From the IMG/VR virus record IMGVR_UViG_3300020473_000025, positions 1-64,000 of that record: a stretch of DNA of 64,000 nucleotides; one strand, given 5' to 3'. Source of the DNA: a virus. Lineage: Duplodnaviria; Caudoviricetes. How positions within the stretch are numbered: the first letter of the stretch is position 1; each line of letters opens with the position of its first letter. The notes below the pieces were generated by a model that made no database searches, was not told the DNA's origin, and was given only the letters and a program-made list of their open reading frames with translations. Below are positions 21,196 to 30,981 of this stretch, piece by piece. The translations under genes were made by a program, and so were the position numbers.

Positions 21196-21693
21196 TTATT
21201 GGTCAAATATCTTTTTAAAGTACTCCACATAGACCGAGTCGTAGCGGGTACCGGTTATTTGATTTTCTAATCGCTCGTACGCGTTTTGTTGTTGGGGGGT
21301 TAACGTACGATAAGTTAATGCCTGAATAATATCTTTATCGTTTATAAGACGACGAAGGTATACAGACACGAACTGTCTTCTTAACGGATCATGCAGAGGT
21401 AGTGTGTAGAGCGCGCCGATAAACTCCATCAACGTCTCATCGTCAAGTAGTTGGATTGTCTCATAGGGAATTTTAATTCCCTGGTGCAGCCACTCAACGA
21501 GTTTAACAAACGGGACCTGCTCCCCGTAATAATGAAGGATCTTATCTTGTAGCGCGTCTAAACCTTCAAGGTAGGTTCTAGGTGGTTGTTTAAATGTTTT
21601 GTTCTTATACAACCTATACACATCACTAGCATAAACCGTTATAAGTACATGTAGACTATACATGGTGACGACCCCTGGTGGGCTGTTGAACAT
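21196..21693 (-). CDS. Hypothetical protein
   Basis: 165 aa ORF directly downstream of 21697-22908. Confidence 0.65.
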   Translation of the reverse strand: MFNSPPGVVTMYSLHVLITVYASDVYRLYKNKTFKQPPRTYLEGLDALQDKILHYYGEQVPFVKLVEWLHQGIKIPYETIQLLDDETLMEFIGALYTLPLHDPLRRQFVSVYLRRLINDKDIIQALTYRTLTPQQQNAYERLENQITGTRYDSVYVEYFKKIFDQ

Positions 21694-21696
21694 ATG

Positions 21697-22908
21697 CTAG
21701 TCGTAATGCTTCATGGTCAAAGATCTAAGAACAAGATAAAGCAGGATACCTGTTCTAACACTTGCCTTTACTGACGCGTTACGCGAATCAACCGAATCTT
21801 CAGCAATCTCACCAGCCAATTCACGGATCTCCATAAGGTCATCTTGTACACTACGTGAAGACATGTAAATGGCCCGCATCTTAACTAACACTAGTGGTAG
21901 ATTGGTAATGTCCACCTTATTCTGTTGTAGATAGTGAAACGCGTGAATGATGGTTTTATCCAGTAACGGCGTAATGACCTTATCTTTACTATCTGAAACA
22001 TTGTCACTCATATAACGCAAACTATTAACCAGTTGCTCAGGTGGCATTGTGTGGATAGCTTTAGCAATGATGTCTACTAGCTCTTGTTTAATGAACGTCT
22101 CATCATCACTTACTATGCGGTGTAAGTATTGTCTAAAACGCGTATAGTCGTTACGCTTGTCTTTTACAATACTCTCGCCATCGATATCTACAGAAGAAGA
22201 AACCGTAGTGATCTTAGCATCTTGTTCTCTAACTTTGTGGAATACCTCAACAACCGCTTTAAATACCTCACGTATACGTGACTGTATATCGTTAACCATG
22301 TACACCACGGCATCGTCAGGCGCAAACGTACGGTAAGTGTTATAGTGGATGCCTGTCTTAGCCAAGATGCTCTCAGAACGGTCTTTAACCAACGCACCCC
22401 ACGAACCATGAACTTTTAATGAGAATTTCTTAGACAAACTTGCATATGTCATCATCGCTACACTCTTATCAGCAGGGTAGCGGAAATAGTGACTCATTAA
22501 AGAACTCAGGAACTTATAATGAAGCATGCTTAGCAACGCAATTTGAACTTGTTCTTTCTCTTTACTACTTACATCACTTTCTTCAAAACGATGCAAGCAC
22601 CAGATAATAGACAAGTTAACCAGGTCGCTACTTACCTTAAAGCTAGTGTCAATAGAATCTAATGAGTAGACATCTGCTTTAAGCGCTACTTCATCAATCT
22701 GTAATACTTCGTCAAACCACGTAATTTTGTCATCATTGGTATAGCGGATAGGGTAGACGCCAATTAGCGCATCCCCAAAGAAATTAATCGAATCGTCTGT
22801 CTTAGTTACAAACCCATTGACATAGCCGATGATACGTCTAACCAGACCGCGATTAAAGACGACGTCTTGACCGATGTCATTAAAGACGGTTTTAAGTGTA
22901 CCTGTCAT
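21697..22908 (-). CDS. Conserved phiKZ-like protein, probably virion-associated
   Basis: 403 aa, AAGGA RBS; the LSKKF.LK..GSW and NDIQSRIR pattern is recalled from phiKZ-like core genes. Confidence 0.55.
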   Translation of the reverse strand: MTGTLKTVFNDIGQDVVFNRGLVRRIIGYVNGFVTKTDDSINFFGDALIGVYPIRYTNDDKITWFDEVLQIDEVALKADVYSLDSIDTSFKVSSDLVNLSIIWCLHRFEESDVSSKEKEQVQIALLSMLHYKFLSSLMSHYFRYPADKSVAMMTYASLSKKFSLKVHGSWGALVKDRSESILAKTGIHYNTYRTFAPDDAVVYMVNDIQSRIREVFKAVVEVFHKVREQDAKITTVSSSVDIDGESIVKDKRNDYTRFRQYLHRIVSDDETFIKQELVDIIAKAIHTMPPEQLVNSLRYMSDNVSDSKDKVITPLLDKTIIHAFHYLQQNKVDITNLPLVLVKMRAIYMSSRSVQDDLMEIRELAGEIAEDSVDSRNASVKASVRTGILLYLVLRSLTMKHYD

Positions 22909-23030
22909 ACGGGTATCCTTTAATTATTTAATAGAAATATACGGAGTAATCATAAAAATACACCTTCAACGTATATCTATAGGGTAGTTAACGCTATCTA
23001 GTGTTGAGGAAATTTGATACAGGAAGAAAT

Positions 23031-23357
23031 ATGTCAGACCCAGTAGAACGTATACATAAAGCGCTAAAAATAGTTGAAAAGCAAACGGCAATTGTACCAC
23101 AAGAAGATATTACGCTTGCGATACTTCGTAACGTGGATAGTAAGTTTCACGACCACGTGTTGGAATCACAATTAGGACTAGGTTCGGGTGTGGGTATTAG
23201 AAACCAAGAACGACTTGAACAAGCCGGTTGGATTTTTGAAGATTTTAAGATCATCACTACAAAAGGTAAAGTCAATATACCTTACTTAGTAGGTAAAAAA
23301 CGTAAACAAATCAAGAAGTTATTAGCTTCTGTTGATGACGATCCAAAATTAGTTTAG
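23031..23357 (+). CDS. Hypothetical protein
   Basis: AGGA RBS before ATG 23031. Confidence 0.6.
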   Translation: MSDPVERIHKALKIVEKQTAIVPQEDITLAILRNVDSKFHDHVLESQLGLGSGVGIRNQERLEQAGWIFEDFKIITTKGKVNIPYLVGKKRKQIKKLLASVDDDPKLV

Positions 23358-23430
23358 CGGTCAATTTAGACAAATACTATACCCCGGGGTTTTAAAAAAC
23401 CCCCTGTAGTTTTTGGTGTGGAGAGGACGC

Positions 23431-23967
23431 ATGACGACGATAGTCTGGGATGGACAGCAGTTGGCTAGTGATAGCCAGTTGACTGTGAATTGGAATGTAA
23501 TATCACAAGAACCTTTTATCAAGCTACAACTCTTAAAAGGGACCTTTATTAATCCGGAGACTAAGGAAGAAGATGCCTTAGTGGGGATGGGTTTTTCAGG
23601 CGACGCCGCCCAAATCTATCCATTTAGAGACTGGCTATTAGCTGGTTGCAAGCGAGAAGAATACGCGGAAGAATTTAAAGAATGCTGCGTCATTCTAGTA
23701 TGCCGTAATTCAGTATGGCAATTTCACTACAGTCCCGACCCGCTACCGGTCAGGAACACTGTAGCAGTTGGATCAGGTTGCGATTTTGCAACATCTGCAT
23801 TATCATTAGGTAAAACAGCGCCAGAGGCTGTAAGGCACGCTATCAAACATGATGTTTATAGTAGTGGGCCAGTGGTATGTTTAAGTATTGACGAAGCAGG
23901 AAACCCTTTCCTCCATCATTGCAACGATGATGTTTCGTTAGAAGCCGCCGCCTCTTTAGAGTGGTAG
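23431..23967 (+). CDS. HslV / proteasome-beta-like Ntn threonine peptidase
   Basis: M-TTIV N-terminus after a GAGG RBS; LASDSQ, GFSG, AVGSG and D.YS.G motifs. Confidence 0.8.
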   Translation: MTTIVWDGQQLASDSQLTVNWNVISQEPFIKLQLLKGTFINPETKEEDALVGMGFSGDAAQIYPFRDWLLAGCKREEYAEEFKECCVILVCRNSVWQFHYSPDPLPVRNTVAVGSGCDFATSALSLGKTAPEAVRHAIKHDVYSSGPVVCLSIDEAGNPFLHHCNDDVSLEAAASLEW

Positions 23968-24010
23968 ATCCAATCTTTTTCTCATTAAAATTATAAAACG
24001 GTAGCCGATT

Positions 24011-24613
24011 ATGCAACTTAATACGTTAATCAGTCAGGAAGTCAGAGTATGTCACACCCCAGAATCAGTAGATGTGTTTCAGGGGGAGGGGTTGAGTGTA
24101 AAGCACCTTATGCATTTAAACAAGACGGATAGCTACGTAGACCATGCAATTATGGTCTTAGTTTATGTGCAGGGTAGTATTGTACCAATGTACGTCACAA
24201 TGTTTAACCACCCAACACACAACGTTTTTGAAGAGAAGTATCAATTCAATAACTTAGTCGAGCATATCAATCAGGGTTATAAGCAGAGTCATGATCTGCT
24301 TGTTATGTTAACGACCACGGAGCCTTTAAAGGTTATTACACAGGGAAGCCAGCTTAAAGTTAAGTCTGGCGATGTCGATGTTGCTATCTTCACTAATAGC
24401 CCAGTGGATACCCAGGACCCAGTAAATATACCTAACGTCAAGGGTGCATTTTATCTTGCTAACTTGTTCTTTGACAAATGCGGTTTAGATGACCATATCA
24501 GACAACAGTTTCTAACTACACTGTTAGAGATGTTATCGTTTGATAGAACGGGGCGTCTAGATCGCCATGCTAATAGCGTTAGACCTCTATCAGGTACTAT
24601 TAGATTACATTGA
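24011..24613 (+). CDS. Hypothetical protein
   Basis: 200 aa ORF. Confidence 0.65.
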   Translation: MQLNTLISQEVRVCHTPESVDVFQGEGLSVKHLMHLNKTDSYVDHAIMVLVYVQGSIVPMYVTMFNHPTHNVFEEKYQFNNLVEHINQGYKQSHDLLVMLTTTEPLKVITQGSQLKVKSGDVDVAIFTNSPVDTQDPVNIPNVKGAFYLANLFFDKCGLDDHIRQQFLTTLLEMLSFDRTGRLDRHANSVRPLSGTIRLH

Positions 24614-24621
24614 TGCAATTT

Positions 24622-24690
24622 AGACCACGTGGCATCTAGCACGTGGTCTTATGCCGTCACGGCATAGAGTAGGCCCGAAGACCTACCCTA
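24622..24690. terminator. Two back-to-back hairpin + TATGCCGT elements, one per strand
   Basis: AGACCACGTG-loop-CACGTGGTCT TATGCCGT C ACGGCATA GAGTAGG-loop-CCTACCC. Confidence 0.7.
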
Positions 24691-24694
24691 GAAA

Positions 24695-25480
24695 TTAAAC
24701 ACCTGAAGATGTTAGTTTGATATGGCGATGATAACTTTCTTTATCATCGCAGAACAGTATCTTTTTCATCTTCGTATCGCGATATTCGGTATATAGTTCT
24801 TCAGCATCAGCATAACCTTCTACAATATCACGGTAAATGCCCAATGACATTCCACCATGTAGCCTGGCAGTATCAATACTAATAATAGACTGATTGTAGA
24901 TGTAGCTCTTTACTGCAAACTCTACTAGTTTAGTAAACGCGGGAATGGTACGTGGGTTGAGGTTTTGCATATCAGGGTCGTTACTTACCACACAACGCAA
25001 GACAGCATTATTACTTAAAACACTTTCGGCTTCAACATGAATAGTGTTCTCATCAATTAGCGTTACAGATGATGTACTATTTGTCTCATAACCGTTAGCA
25101 GCGTCGATGATGTTAAGTGATTCTCTAATCATAGACGAACTAGTAGCATACGTACTAGTTGCTTCGTTCTCATTAAACCCAAGACTCATCACTGAGATAA
25201 TGCTACGGCCTTGTGTGGCCGTTTTAGGAATAACGTAGACCTGGTGGCTTCCGTCATCGTAAGTCTTCTTAGCAGAGCGTAGAGAGAGCTCTATCTGTAT
25301 ACCACCTACTAGATTACAATCTACAAGAACGCGAGGTTTAACTACCTTAGCGATAATCTGAGATTCGACGGATACCGGATAGTTGATAGTATTAAAACGT
25401 TTGTCTATAAAGACCTGACGTAGTATTTCCGCTGGGATTTTAAATGTGCAGTCCTGTACGGCTTTTTGAATGGGGCTCAT
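24695..25480 (-). CDS. Conserved phiKZ-like protein divergent from PhuZ (possibly virion neck/structural)
   Basis: 261 aa; RVLVDCNLVGG and AVKSYIYN pattern recalled from phiKZ-like core genes. Confidence 0.55.
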   Translation of the reverse strand: MSPIQKAVQDCTFKIPAEILRQVFIDKRFNTINYPVSVESQIIAKVVKPRVLVDCNLVGGIQIELSLRSAKKTYDDGSHQVYVIPKTATQGRSIISVMSLGFNENEATSTYATSSSMIRESLNIIDAANGYETNSTSSVTLIDENTIHVEAESVLSNNAVLRCVVSNDPDMQNLNPRTIPAFTKLVEFAVKSYIYNQSIISIDTARLHGGMSLGIYRDIVEGYADAEELYTEYRDTKMKKILFCDDKESYHRHIKLTSSGV

Positions 25481-25663
25481 GGTTATATCCCGTTAGCTGT
25501 AGATGACATATGAGTTAATTAATACATTTTCCGTTTATTTATGAAGACCTAGTACTGTGGTAAGCATTAAACTAAAAAATGTATATCTCATAGTCGAGGG
25601 GGTTATTAAATTTGTATTCACTTCATACTTTATCGAACAATCTAGGAATAAGAGGCGATTTTA

Positions 25664-26629
25664 ATGAGTAAACACACCTTAAGAATCTACGCGGCAGGCG
25701 GCTGCGCGACTAACTTAGCGAAGCCCTTTGTTGGTTTAGAATCGTCTGACATCTACGCTGATATCGATCCTGTTTTTGTAGACACTAGCATGTCTAACAT
25801 CGAAGGACCTATCACTGAAGAAATGTGCTACATCCTACCTGACGTAGATGGCTCAGGTAAGGTACGTCGTGAAAACCACCAACGTATCTCTGATTCGATC
25901 AAAGACATTGTGTCAATTCACCCTCCAGGTGACTTTAACATTGTTATGTTTTCAGCCGCAGGCGGTTCAGGTTCAGTAGCTGGACCATTGATTGCTCGTC
26001 ATCTTCTTGAAATTGAAGCACCATTGATCTGTATTGTAGTGGGTTCTACAGACTCTGCTATCACGTGTACTAACACACTTAATACACTGAAATCATTAGA
26101 TAGCATCTCACAAGCTGCAGAGCTACCTATCACGCTGTTCTACGAAGAGAACGGTGCTGGTGTTAAACGTTCAGAAATTGACAAGCGTGTTAAAGGCGCT
26201 ATCGGTTCTATCAGCGCGTTGGTATCTGGTAACAACCGTGAGCTGGATACTAAAGACATTTCAACATGGGTGTATTACAACCGTGCGTCTAAAGTTGAAC
26301 CACAACTAAGCCAGTTAGCTATTCTTCGTGACAACACAGCAGTAGAAGGTCTTAATGAACCTATCTCTATTGCTTCATTGTTAGCGGACCCTGACACGGT
26401 GATGCCTGAGGCCGCGCCCGATTATCAATGTATCGGTTATCATCGTGATCAGTCTGGTGAGATCCCTGACATGCACCTTGTGATTTCCGTGAACGGCATT
26501 GAGCGTATCTACGAAGGTATTGCTAAAGCGCATGGTACTTACGAGAAGTCTACGTCTAAGCGTTCTCTAGACAGAAAGACTTTCGTCGGTGGTGGCGATC
26601 AAGTAACTAAAGATGGCATGGTGCTCTAA
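25664..26629 (+). CDS. phuZ: Phage tubulin PhuZ
   Basis: AGGCATN, DTS, DGSGK.R, tubulin signature GGSGS, ELD..D; C-terminal DGMVL. Confidence 0.93.
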   Translation: MSKHTLRIYAAGGCATNLAKPFVGLESSDIYADIDPVFVDTSMSNIEGPITEEMCYILPDVDGSGKVRRENHQRISDSIKDIVSIHPPGDFNIVMFSAAGGSGSVAGPLIARHLLEIEAPLICIVVGSTDSAITCTNTLNTLKSLDSISQAAELPITLFYEENGAGVKRSEIDKRVKGAIGSISALVSGNNRELDTKDISTWVYYNRASKVEPQLSQLAILRDNTAVEGLNEPISIASLLADPDTVMPEAAPDYQCIGYHRDQSGEIPDMHLVISVNGIERIYEGIAKAHGTYEKSTSKRSLDRKTFVGGGDQVTKDGMVL

Positions 26630-26642
26630 GTACCCATCCAGA

Positions 26643-26681
26643 ACGCATACCGCCTCCCTGATAGGGAGGCGTCTATGCCGC
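26643..26681 (+). terminator. Hairpin + TATGCCG element
   Basis: CGCCTCCCT-GAT-AGGGAGGCG-TC-TATGCCGC; no U-tract. Confidence 0.65.
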
Positions 26682-26698
26682 TTGTCAGTATTTTTCAG

Positions 26699-26709
26699 AC
26701 CTACATTAC
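26699..26709 (+). promoter_or_regulatory. Early promoter motif ACCTACATTAC upstream of the small-gene array
   Basis: One mismatch to ACCTATATTAC. Confidence 0.7.
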
Positions 26710-26749
26710 TAGAGCAGTATAAGTAATATTACAGTGTGGAGATCGTACA

Positions 26750-27097
26750 ATGACAGTGCCTAACTACTTCCTGTTCGATATAACAACAGCCCGTGAAATC
26801 GCAAAGCCCTTTATTATAGATTTACAAAAACATCTAAGCGGTAGACCAGAAGTTAATATTGACAAAGTATTAAATCAGTGGTTTGCCGAACGCCTAGTAA
26901 TAATGGGCGTATTGCATCATGACAACCCAATTGAAACTGACATGCCCCTAGGTGTGATCCTTTTCCTTAATAGCCTACCTGACGTTATTAAAGGTTCAGT
27001 TGATCAACAGCTCTTTCGTGCCGTAAGTAATCACTGGCATCCGGACACATCAGTTAAAACGTATATTAAAGACCAGACGTTGGTCATTAATGCCTAA
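26750..27097 (+). CDS. Small array protein 1
   Basis: GGAG RBS; YFLFDI ... KDQTLVIN. Confidence 0.7.
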   Translation: MTVPNYFLFDITTAREIAKPFIIDLQKHLSGRPEVNIDKVLNQWFAERLVIMGVLHHDNPIETDMPLGVILFLNSLPDVIKGSVDQQLFRAVSNHWHPDTSVKTYIKDQTLVINA

Positions 27098-27112
27098 AAG
27101 GACCTACCCCCT

Positions 27113-27715
27113 ATGGCGATAAGTATAATACTCCCTTTACATGAATTTATAGATAACGTAGTACTACGTTCATCGCTATTCTTCTATAACGTTGATCGCC
27201 CTAACCCGGTCAAACGTAATCACGCTAAAGCTATTGTTCATCAGCTAGTTGACGATGCGTTAAGTCACTCGTTCGCATGGGCACCGAGCGTTGATAAAAC
27301 ATCGAGTCTATTAGAGGAATTTTACCCGTGGATGACAACGCATCCTGTTTTTGGATCACGTTTCTATCAGCAATGCATAGACCCGGTTGATGCTAGATTA
27401 ACTGAGATCTTAGGTACTTATGTAACTTACAACACACCTGATGTATGGAGCGTAAGAAAGGATGGCGATAGTATCGTTCTAGAAAACCTAGGTTCCCATA
27501 TGAACAACGCTGCTCAAGGTTTTGCTGATAAGTTACAAAGCCTACTTCAAGAAGAATACGCGACGCGTTTAGGTTCATTACCAATACATCGCAATAATGC
27601 AACTACGGGTGATGATCTTAAACATCAAGTAGACTCTACATATGGTGGCCTGACAAACACCGTATTGCGTTTAATGGTTGACAAAGATCTTAATTTGACA
27701 GGACAGCCCCAGTGA
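27113..27715 (+). CDS. Small array protein 2 (with C-terminal extension)
   Basis: AAGGA RBS; ISIILPL ... DGDSIVLEN. Confidence 0.7.
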   Translation: MAISIILPLHEFIDNVVLRSSLFFYNVDRPNPVKRNHAKAIVHQLVDDALSHSFAWAPSVDKTSSLLEEFYPWMTTHPVFGSRFYQQCIDPVDARLTEILGTYVTYNTPDVWSVRKDGDSIVLENLGSHMNNAAQGFADKLQSLLQEEYATRLGSLPIHRNNATTGDDLKHQVDSTYGGLTNTVLRLMVDKDLNLTGQPQ

Positions 27716-28176
27716 GCCAGATCTCTATCATAGTTAGTTTTGATGATGTGCATTCGTTGTGTTTTAAATACTTAGAACCTATTATAGGTGGTGCGTATTT
27801 GCAGTGTATGGACTATACACTGGTATTGGATTATGAAGTAGAGGTGTTTTTGCTTGGTGAAGATAACCGCTATATGGTTGGTGAAGATGTGACCGAGTCG
27901 TGGTTAGAAGAACTATGTCCAATGCCTGATATTCGCAGTGCATTAAAGAAAGATATACGACGCTCTATACAAGGCATTATTACCCGTACCCTAGGCGGCG
28001 ATAAAATTAACAACCACCATTACGAGTATCAGCGTCTAGGTGATCAGTTTGAATATCTCATTGTAGATAAAGGCGATGTCAGAGATGCCGAGCTTGCAAT
28101 GTTGCGACGTTCAAATAACGACCTTAAACAGAGAATACAGAATATGGAGGAAGGTTGGTGGGTCCAAGATACCTAA
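27712..28176 (+). CDS. Small array protein 3
   Basis: GTGA overlap with the previous stop; ISIIVSF ... GDQFEYLIVD. Confidence 0.7.
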   Translation: MSQISIIVSFDDVHSLCFKYLEPIIGGAYLQCMDYTLVLDYEVEVFLLGEDNRYMVGEDVTESWLEELCPMPDIRSALKKDIRRSIQGIITRTLGGDKINNHHYEYQRLGDQFEYLIVDKGDVRDAELAMLRRSNNDLKQRIQNMEEGWWVQDT

Positions 28177-28538
28177 TATTAAATATCTCGCATGCGCGTG
28201 CTACTGAGAATCATTTAAACGGCTCCCTTGCAACTTACAAACTTAAATTCACAGATTTACTAACAATGACAATTGAGGCATTGACTAACCTTGAAGACTA
28301 TTATACTAGCGATGAAAAGATCACCGATTACGGATTGATGTATCGGTGTCTTAATCAATACAACGACAGACATCGTAAGGAATACACCTTTGAGGATATT
28401 CATGACATCTGCACGATAGCGCTTAGAATATACAAGACCATTTACCCGGCCATTGGTACATTCTTCCAGCAATATACGTTCAGTAGACTTATTGTCTCAC
28501 AGTGTCTTGGAGATGATCTATATGTTGAGTGCTGTTGA
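28155..28538 (+). CDS. Small array protein 4
   Basis: GGAGG RBS, overlapping start; YLILNI ... GDDLYVEC. Confidence 0.7.
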   Translation: MVGPRYLILNISHARATENHLNGSLATYKLKFTDLLTMTIEALTNLEDYYTSDEKITDYGLMYRCLNQYNDRHRKEYTFEDIHDICTIALRIYKTIYPAIGTFFQQYTFSRLIVSQCLGDDLYVECC

Positions 28539-28932
28539 GCCAGAAGATAAATTCTTCATCATTGACGTTAGGCAGTATATGTTAAAGCTTGATCAGCAAG
28601 ACGTTCAAGCACTTAACAGCATCAAGATGAATTATCACGATGTATTGCTGTTAGCAGCGACCAGTGCATTAGCTAGTCAGTTTGATAAAGTCAAAGTCAA
28701 GGATCACGTGGAGGGTGAGCTCTACACATTGCTTGATGAGTATGATGAACAGGGCGTGTCGGCTGATAACTACCGTACGTTTATGCATGTTATCAATATC
28801 ACGCTACAAGTAGCATGGCCTATAACCCAGTCTGTAGATAATCTACAACGTAACATTCCCAACATTGAGTTTGTAGATGTTAATATAGTGGGTGAAACTA
28901 CTATTGTTTACACATACCACATGGTAGGATAA
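28522..28932 (+). CDS. Small array protein 5 (start moved to ATG 28522)
   Basis: GGAG RBS at about 28509; FFIIDV ... GETTIVYTY. Confidence 0.7.
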   Translation: MLSAVEPEDKFFIIDVRQYMLKLDQQDVQALNSIKMNYHDVLLLAATSALASQFDKVKVKDHVEGELYTLLDEYDEQGVSADNYRTFMHVINITLQVAWPITQSVDNLQRNIPNIEFVDVNIVGETTIVYTYHMVG

Positions 28933-28943
28933 GAGAATACACA

Positions 28944-29315
28944 ATGATAGTGATTATCGATTTACCTATGGATAGGCCACCCTATCCTCCTGATCCCTCG
29001 CTGACAGCCGCAGATATAATTGAAGCGGCTACCGCGTTGTGGGTTAATCAATTCATCGATGATGATAACTTTGATACACGTACGGTTGATCAGGTTGTTG
29101 ATCATATCTGTAGTCGTATGGGTTTGAGTAGTGGTAAAAGTGAAGTACAGGAGATGATGTGTCATTATGTTAATGACATTATACTGGAAACCTACGAAGC
29201 GGTGGATAAGTCTCTACGCCGCATCATGACAACCTTTGGTAATCGACCATTGATTGACTACGTAGGTACTAGCTTCCCCACACTGCTTGTCCAAGTTCAT
29301 CTAGATGACCGCTAA
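28944..29315 (+). CDS. Small array protein 6
   Basis: IVIIDL ... FPTLLVQVH. Confidence 0.7.
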   Translation: MIVIIDLPMDRPPYPPDPSLTAADIIEAATALWVNQFIDDDNFDTRTVDQVVDHICSRMGLSSGKSEVQEMMCHYVNDIILETYEAVDKSLRRIMTTFGNRPLIDYVGTSFPTLLVQVHLDDR

Positions 29316-29661
29316 TATACTTCTTTTGGACTGTAGTAATTTACAGTCCATTTATGACGTTATGATACCGATATGGCGTTATGAGACTAGACGTCCTATC
29401 CCCGCGTCGTTGGATAGTTTAACTTCTGAGATAATTAACTACTATAAAACCTATAGGGTTAAACCCGCTACGAGTTATACATCAGTTGCTAGTTATCTAC
29501 AGGAGCAATATGAGTTCCCGGTGATAACTCCTATTGTGGAACCTCACTTTGCGGCCTTCTGTAAAGAACTTTATAAATACCATAAACTGGCATTTGTATT
29601 GAGCTGCGACTATTACTATATATGTATCAAGCACAATACCATGTATTTAGAATTGGAATAA
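29305..29661 (+). CDS. Small array protein 7
   Basis: Overlapping start; ILLLDC ... HNTMYLELE. Confidence 0.7.
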   Translation: MTANILLLDCSNLQSIYDVMIPIWRYETRRPIPASLDSLTSEIINYYKTYRVKPATSYTSVASYLQEQYEFPVITPIVEPHFAAFCKELYKYHKLAFVLSCDYYYICIKHNTMYLELE

Positions 29662-29664
29662 GTT

Positions 29665-30051
29665 ATGGATAATAATCAACAACCCTACCCACCTACCAGT
29701 CCTGTAGTATATATTGTCTCAGTAGAGCGTGGCGTCAAACGACTGTATGAGGCTATATCGGCTGAGGAAACCGTCGTTGAAGATTTTAAGAGACTAGTAG
29801 CTATGGCTGTCAACGCCGCCTCGTTATCAGTAAACGATGTGGAAAACGATCGACATAATGCTATAAACGACTACCTACACCCATTAGGTCTAACCGTCCG
29901 TGAGAGAGAGAACTACATCGCCCATGTGGATATGTTTATTCAGGATCTAATAACGGGCTTTCACCAACTCGGTATACGTGATCTAGGGGGTGTTGAGTTT
30001 GTCGGGTTTGATGGAATGGATATTGTCGTTAATGTCTATGCGCAACAATAA
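29665..30051 (+). CDS. Small array protein 8
   Basis: VYIVSV ... DGMDIVVNVY. Confidence 0.7.
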   Translation: MDNNQQPYPPTSPVVYIVSVERGVKRLYEAISAEETVVEDFKRLVAMAVNAASLSVNDVENDRHNAINDYLHPLGLTVRERENYIAHVDMFIQDLITGFHQLGIRDLGGVEFVGFDGMDIVVNVYAQQ

Positions 30052-30071
30052 TAACAAAAGGAGCACGTACA

Positions 30072-30416
30072 GTGCTTAAATTTATGATTCTAACCCTTGA
30101 TAGCCTATCAGGGTTAATTGCTAGATACAGTGCAGAGGTGAATCCCGATTCACCTGTCGTTAATAACAAAACGCTGGGTTGGTTAAATTCAGACATCGAT
30201 GATTTGATTCAAGGTGGATTTGAACAGCAGACAGACGTCGTACATGCCACGCTAACGTCAATCATCGATGGTATAAGTCACTACCTTAACAAATACAATA
30301 TTGAAGTAACTGACTTTAGAACGATAGAGATTGTCAGTTGTGACGGTACGATACTAGTTTATTTTGGAGAGTTTAATTATGGTGATATTCCCAAATCACA
30401 ATGTAAGCATACGTGA
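30072..30416 (+). CDS. Small array protein 9
   Basis: AGGAG RBS, GTG start; FMILTL ... DGTILVYFG. Confidence 0.65.
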   Translation: MLKFMILTLDSLSGLIARYSAEVNPDSPVVNNKTLGWLNSDIDDLIQGGFEQQTDVVHATLTSIIDGISHYLNKYNIEVTDFRTIEIVSCDGTILVYFGEFNYGDIPKSQCKHT

Positions 30417-30789
30417 CGTTGTTAGCTTCTCGCTATATGACAATACCACAATAGGTACTGTCTTTAGCAGGGTGCGTATTATTGGGGTGGTGGATTACGA
30501 TACCGCCTCTAACGCCATCGATCCGGTAGCGCTACACGAGGATATCATCACTAACCTACCTGAGGGTAGTATCGATGACCCTACAGCGTATAGCTACGTA
30601 AAGGTGCAGATGGAAAATGGCAGTAAGACGTTCATCGGCATGCCGTGGATTAACATGTCAACCCTTGAACGTGTTGGTAGTAGTAAACTGCAGCTAACTA
30701 TCGATGAAGTTAATAGTGACGACGTCCCGCGTATCCTAGCTGCGTTAACCTCAAATGGCTTTACGGTATCAGATACTAAGATCTTATAA
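30379..30789 (+). CDS. Conserved phiKZ-like protein upstream of the DNA polymerase
   Basis: GGAG RBS before ATG 30379; DDPT.Y.YV.V....G....IG.PWI pattern. Confidence 0.65.
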   Translation: MVIFPNHNVSIRDVVSFSLYDNTTIGTVFSRVRIIGVVDYDTASNAIDPVALHEDIITNLPEGSIDDPTAYSYVKVQMENGSKTFIGMPWINMSTLERVGSSKLQLTIDEVNSDDVPRILAALTSNGFTVSDTKIL

Positions 30790-30829
30790 TACAAAGGTAA
30801 ACTTTTACAGACCTTTATTTATATAGTAT

Positions 30830-30981
30830 GAGCGTTGTTGAGTTTGAGACCCTCCTCAGTGTTCTTGATCTTGAGCCAGAAGATCGATCCCTAAAGGTAG
30901 TCACGCACCTTTATATTTGTCAAACGTAGTGTTTACCCTTCCTACACCTCTCCTCTAGGGTGTAGGAAGGTTTTATGCCGT
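30830..30981 (+). ncRNA. Candidate structured small RNA
   Basis: Starts at a TATAGTATG motif, has several hairpins, lacks an RBS and ends in a hairpin + TATGCCGT element. Confidence 0.35.

Noticed and set aside
30828-30929. 33-codon ORF (MSVVEFETLL...)
   Set aside because: No RBS, and its ATG is part of the TATG start motif. An sRNA is preferred, but a peptide is not excluded.
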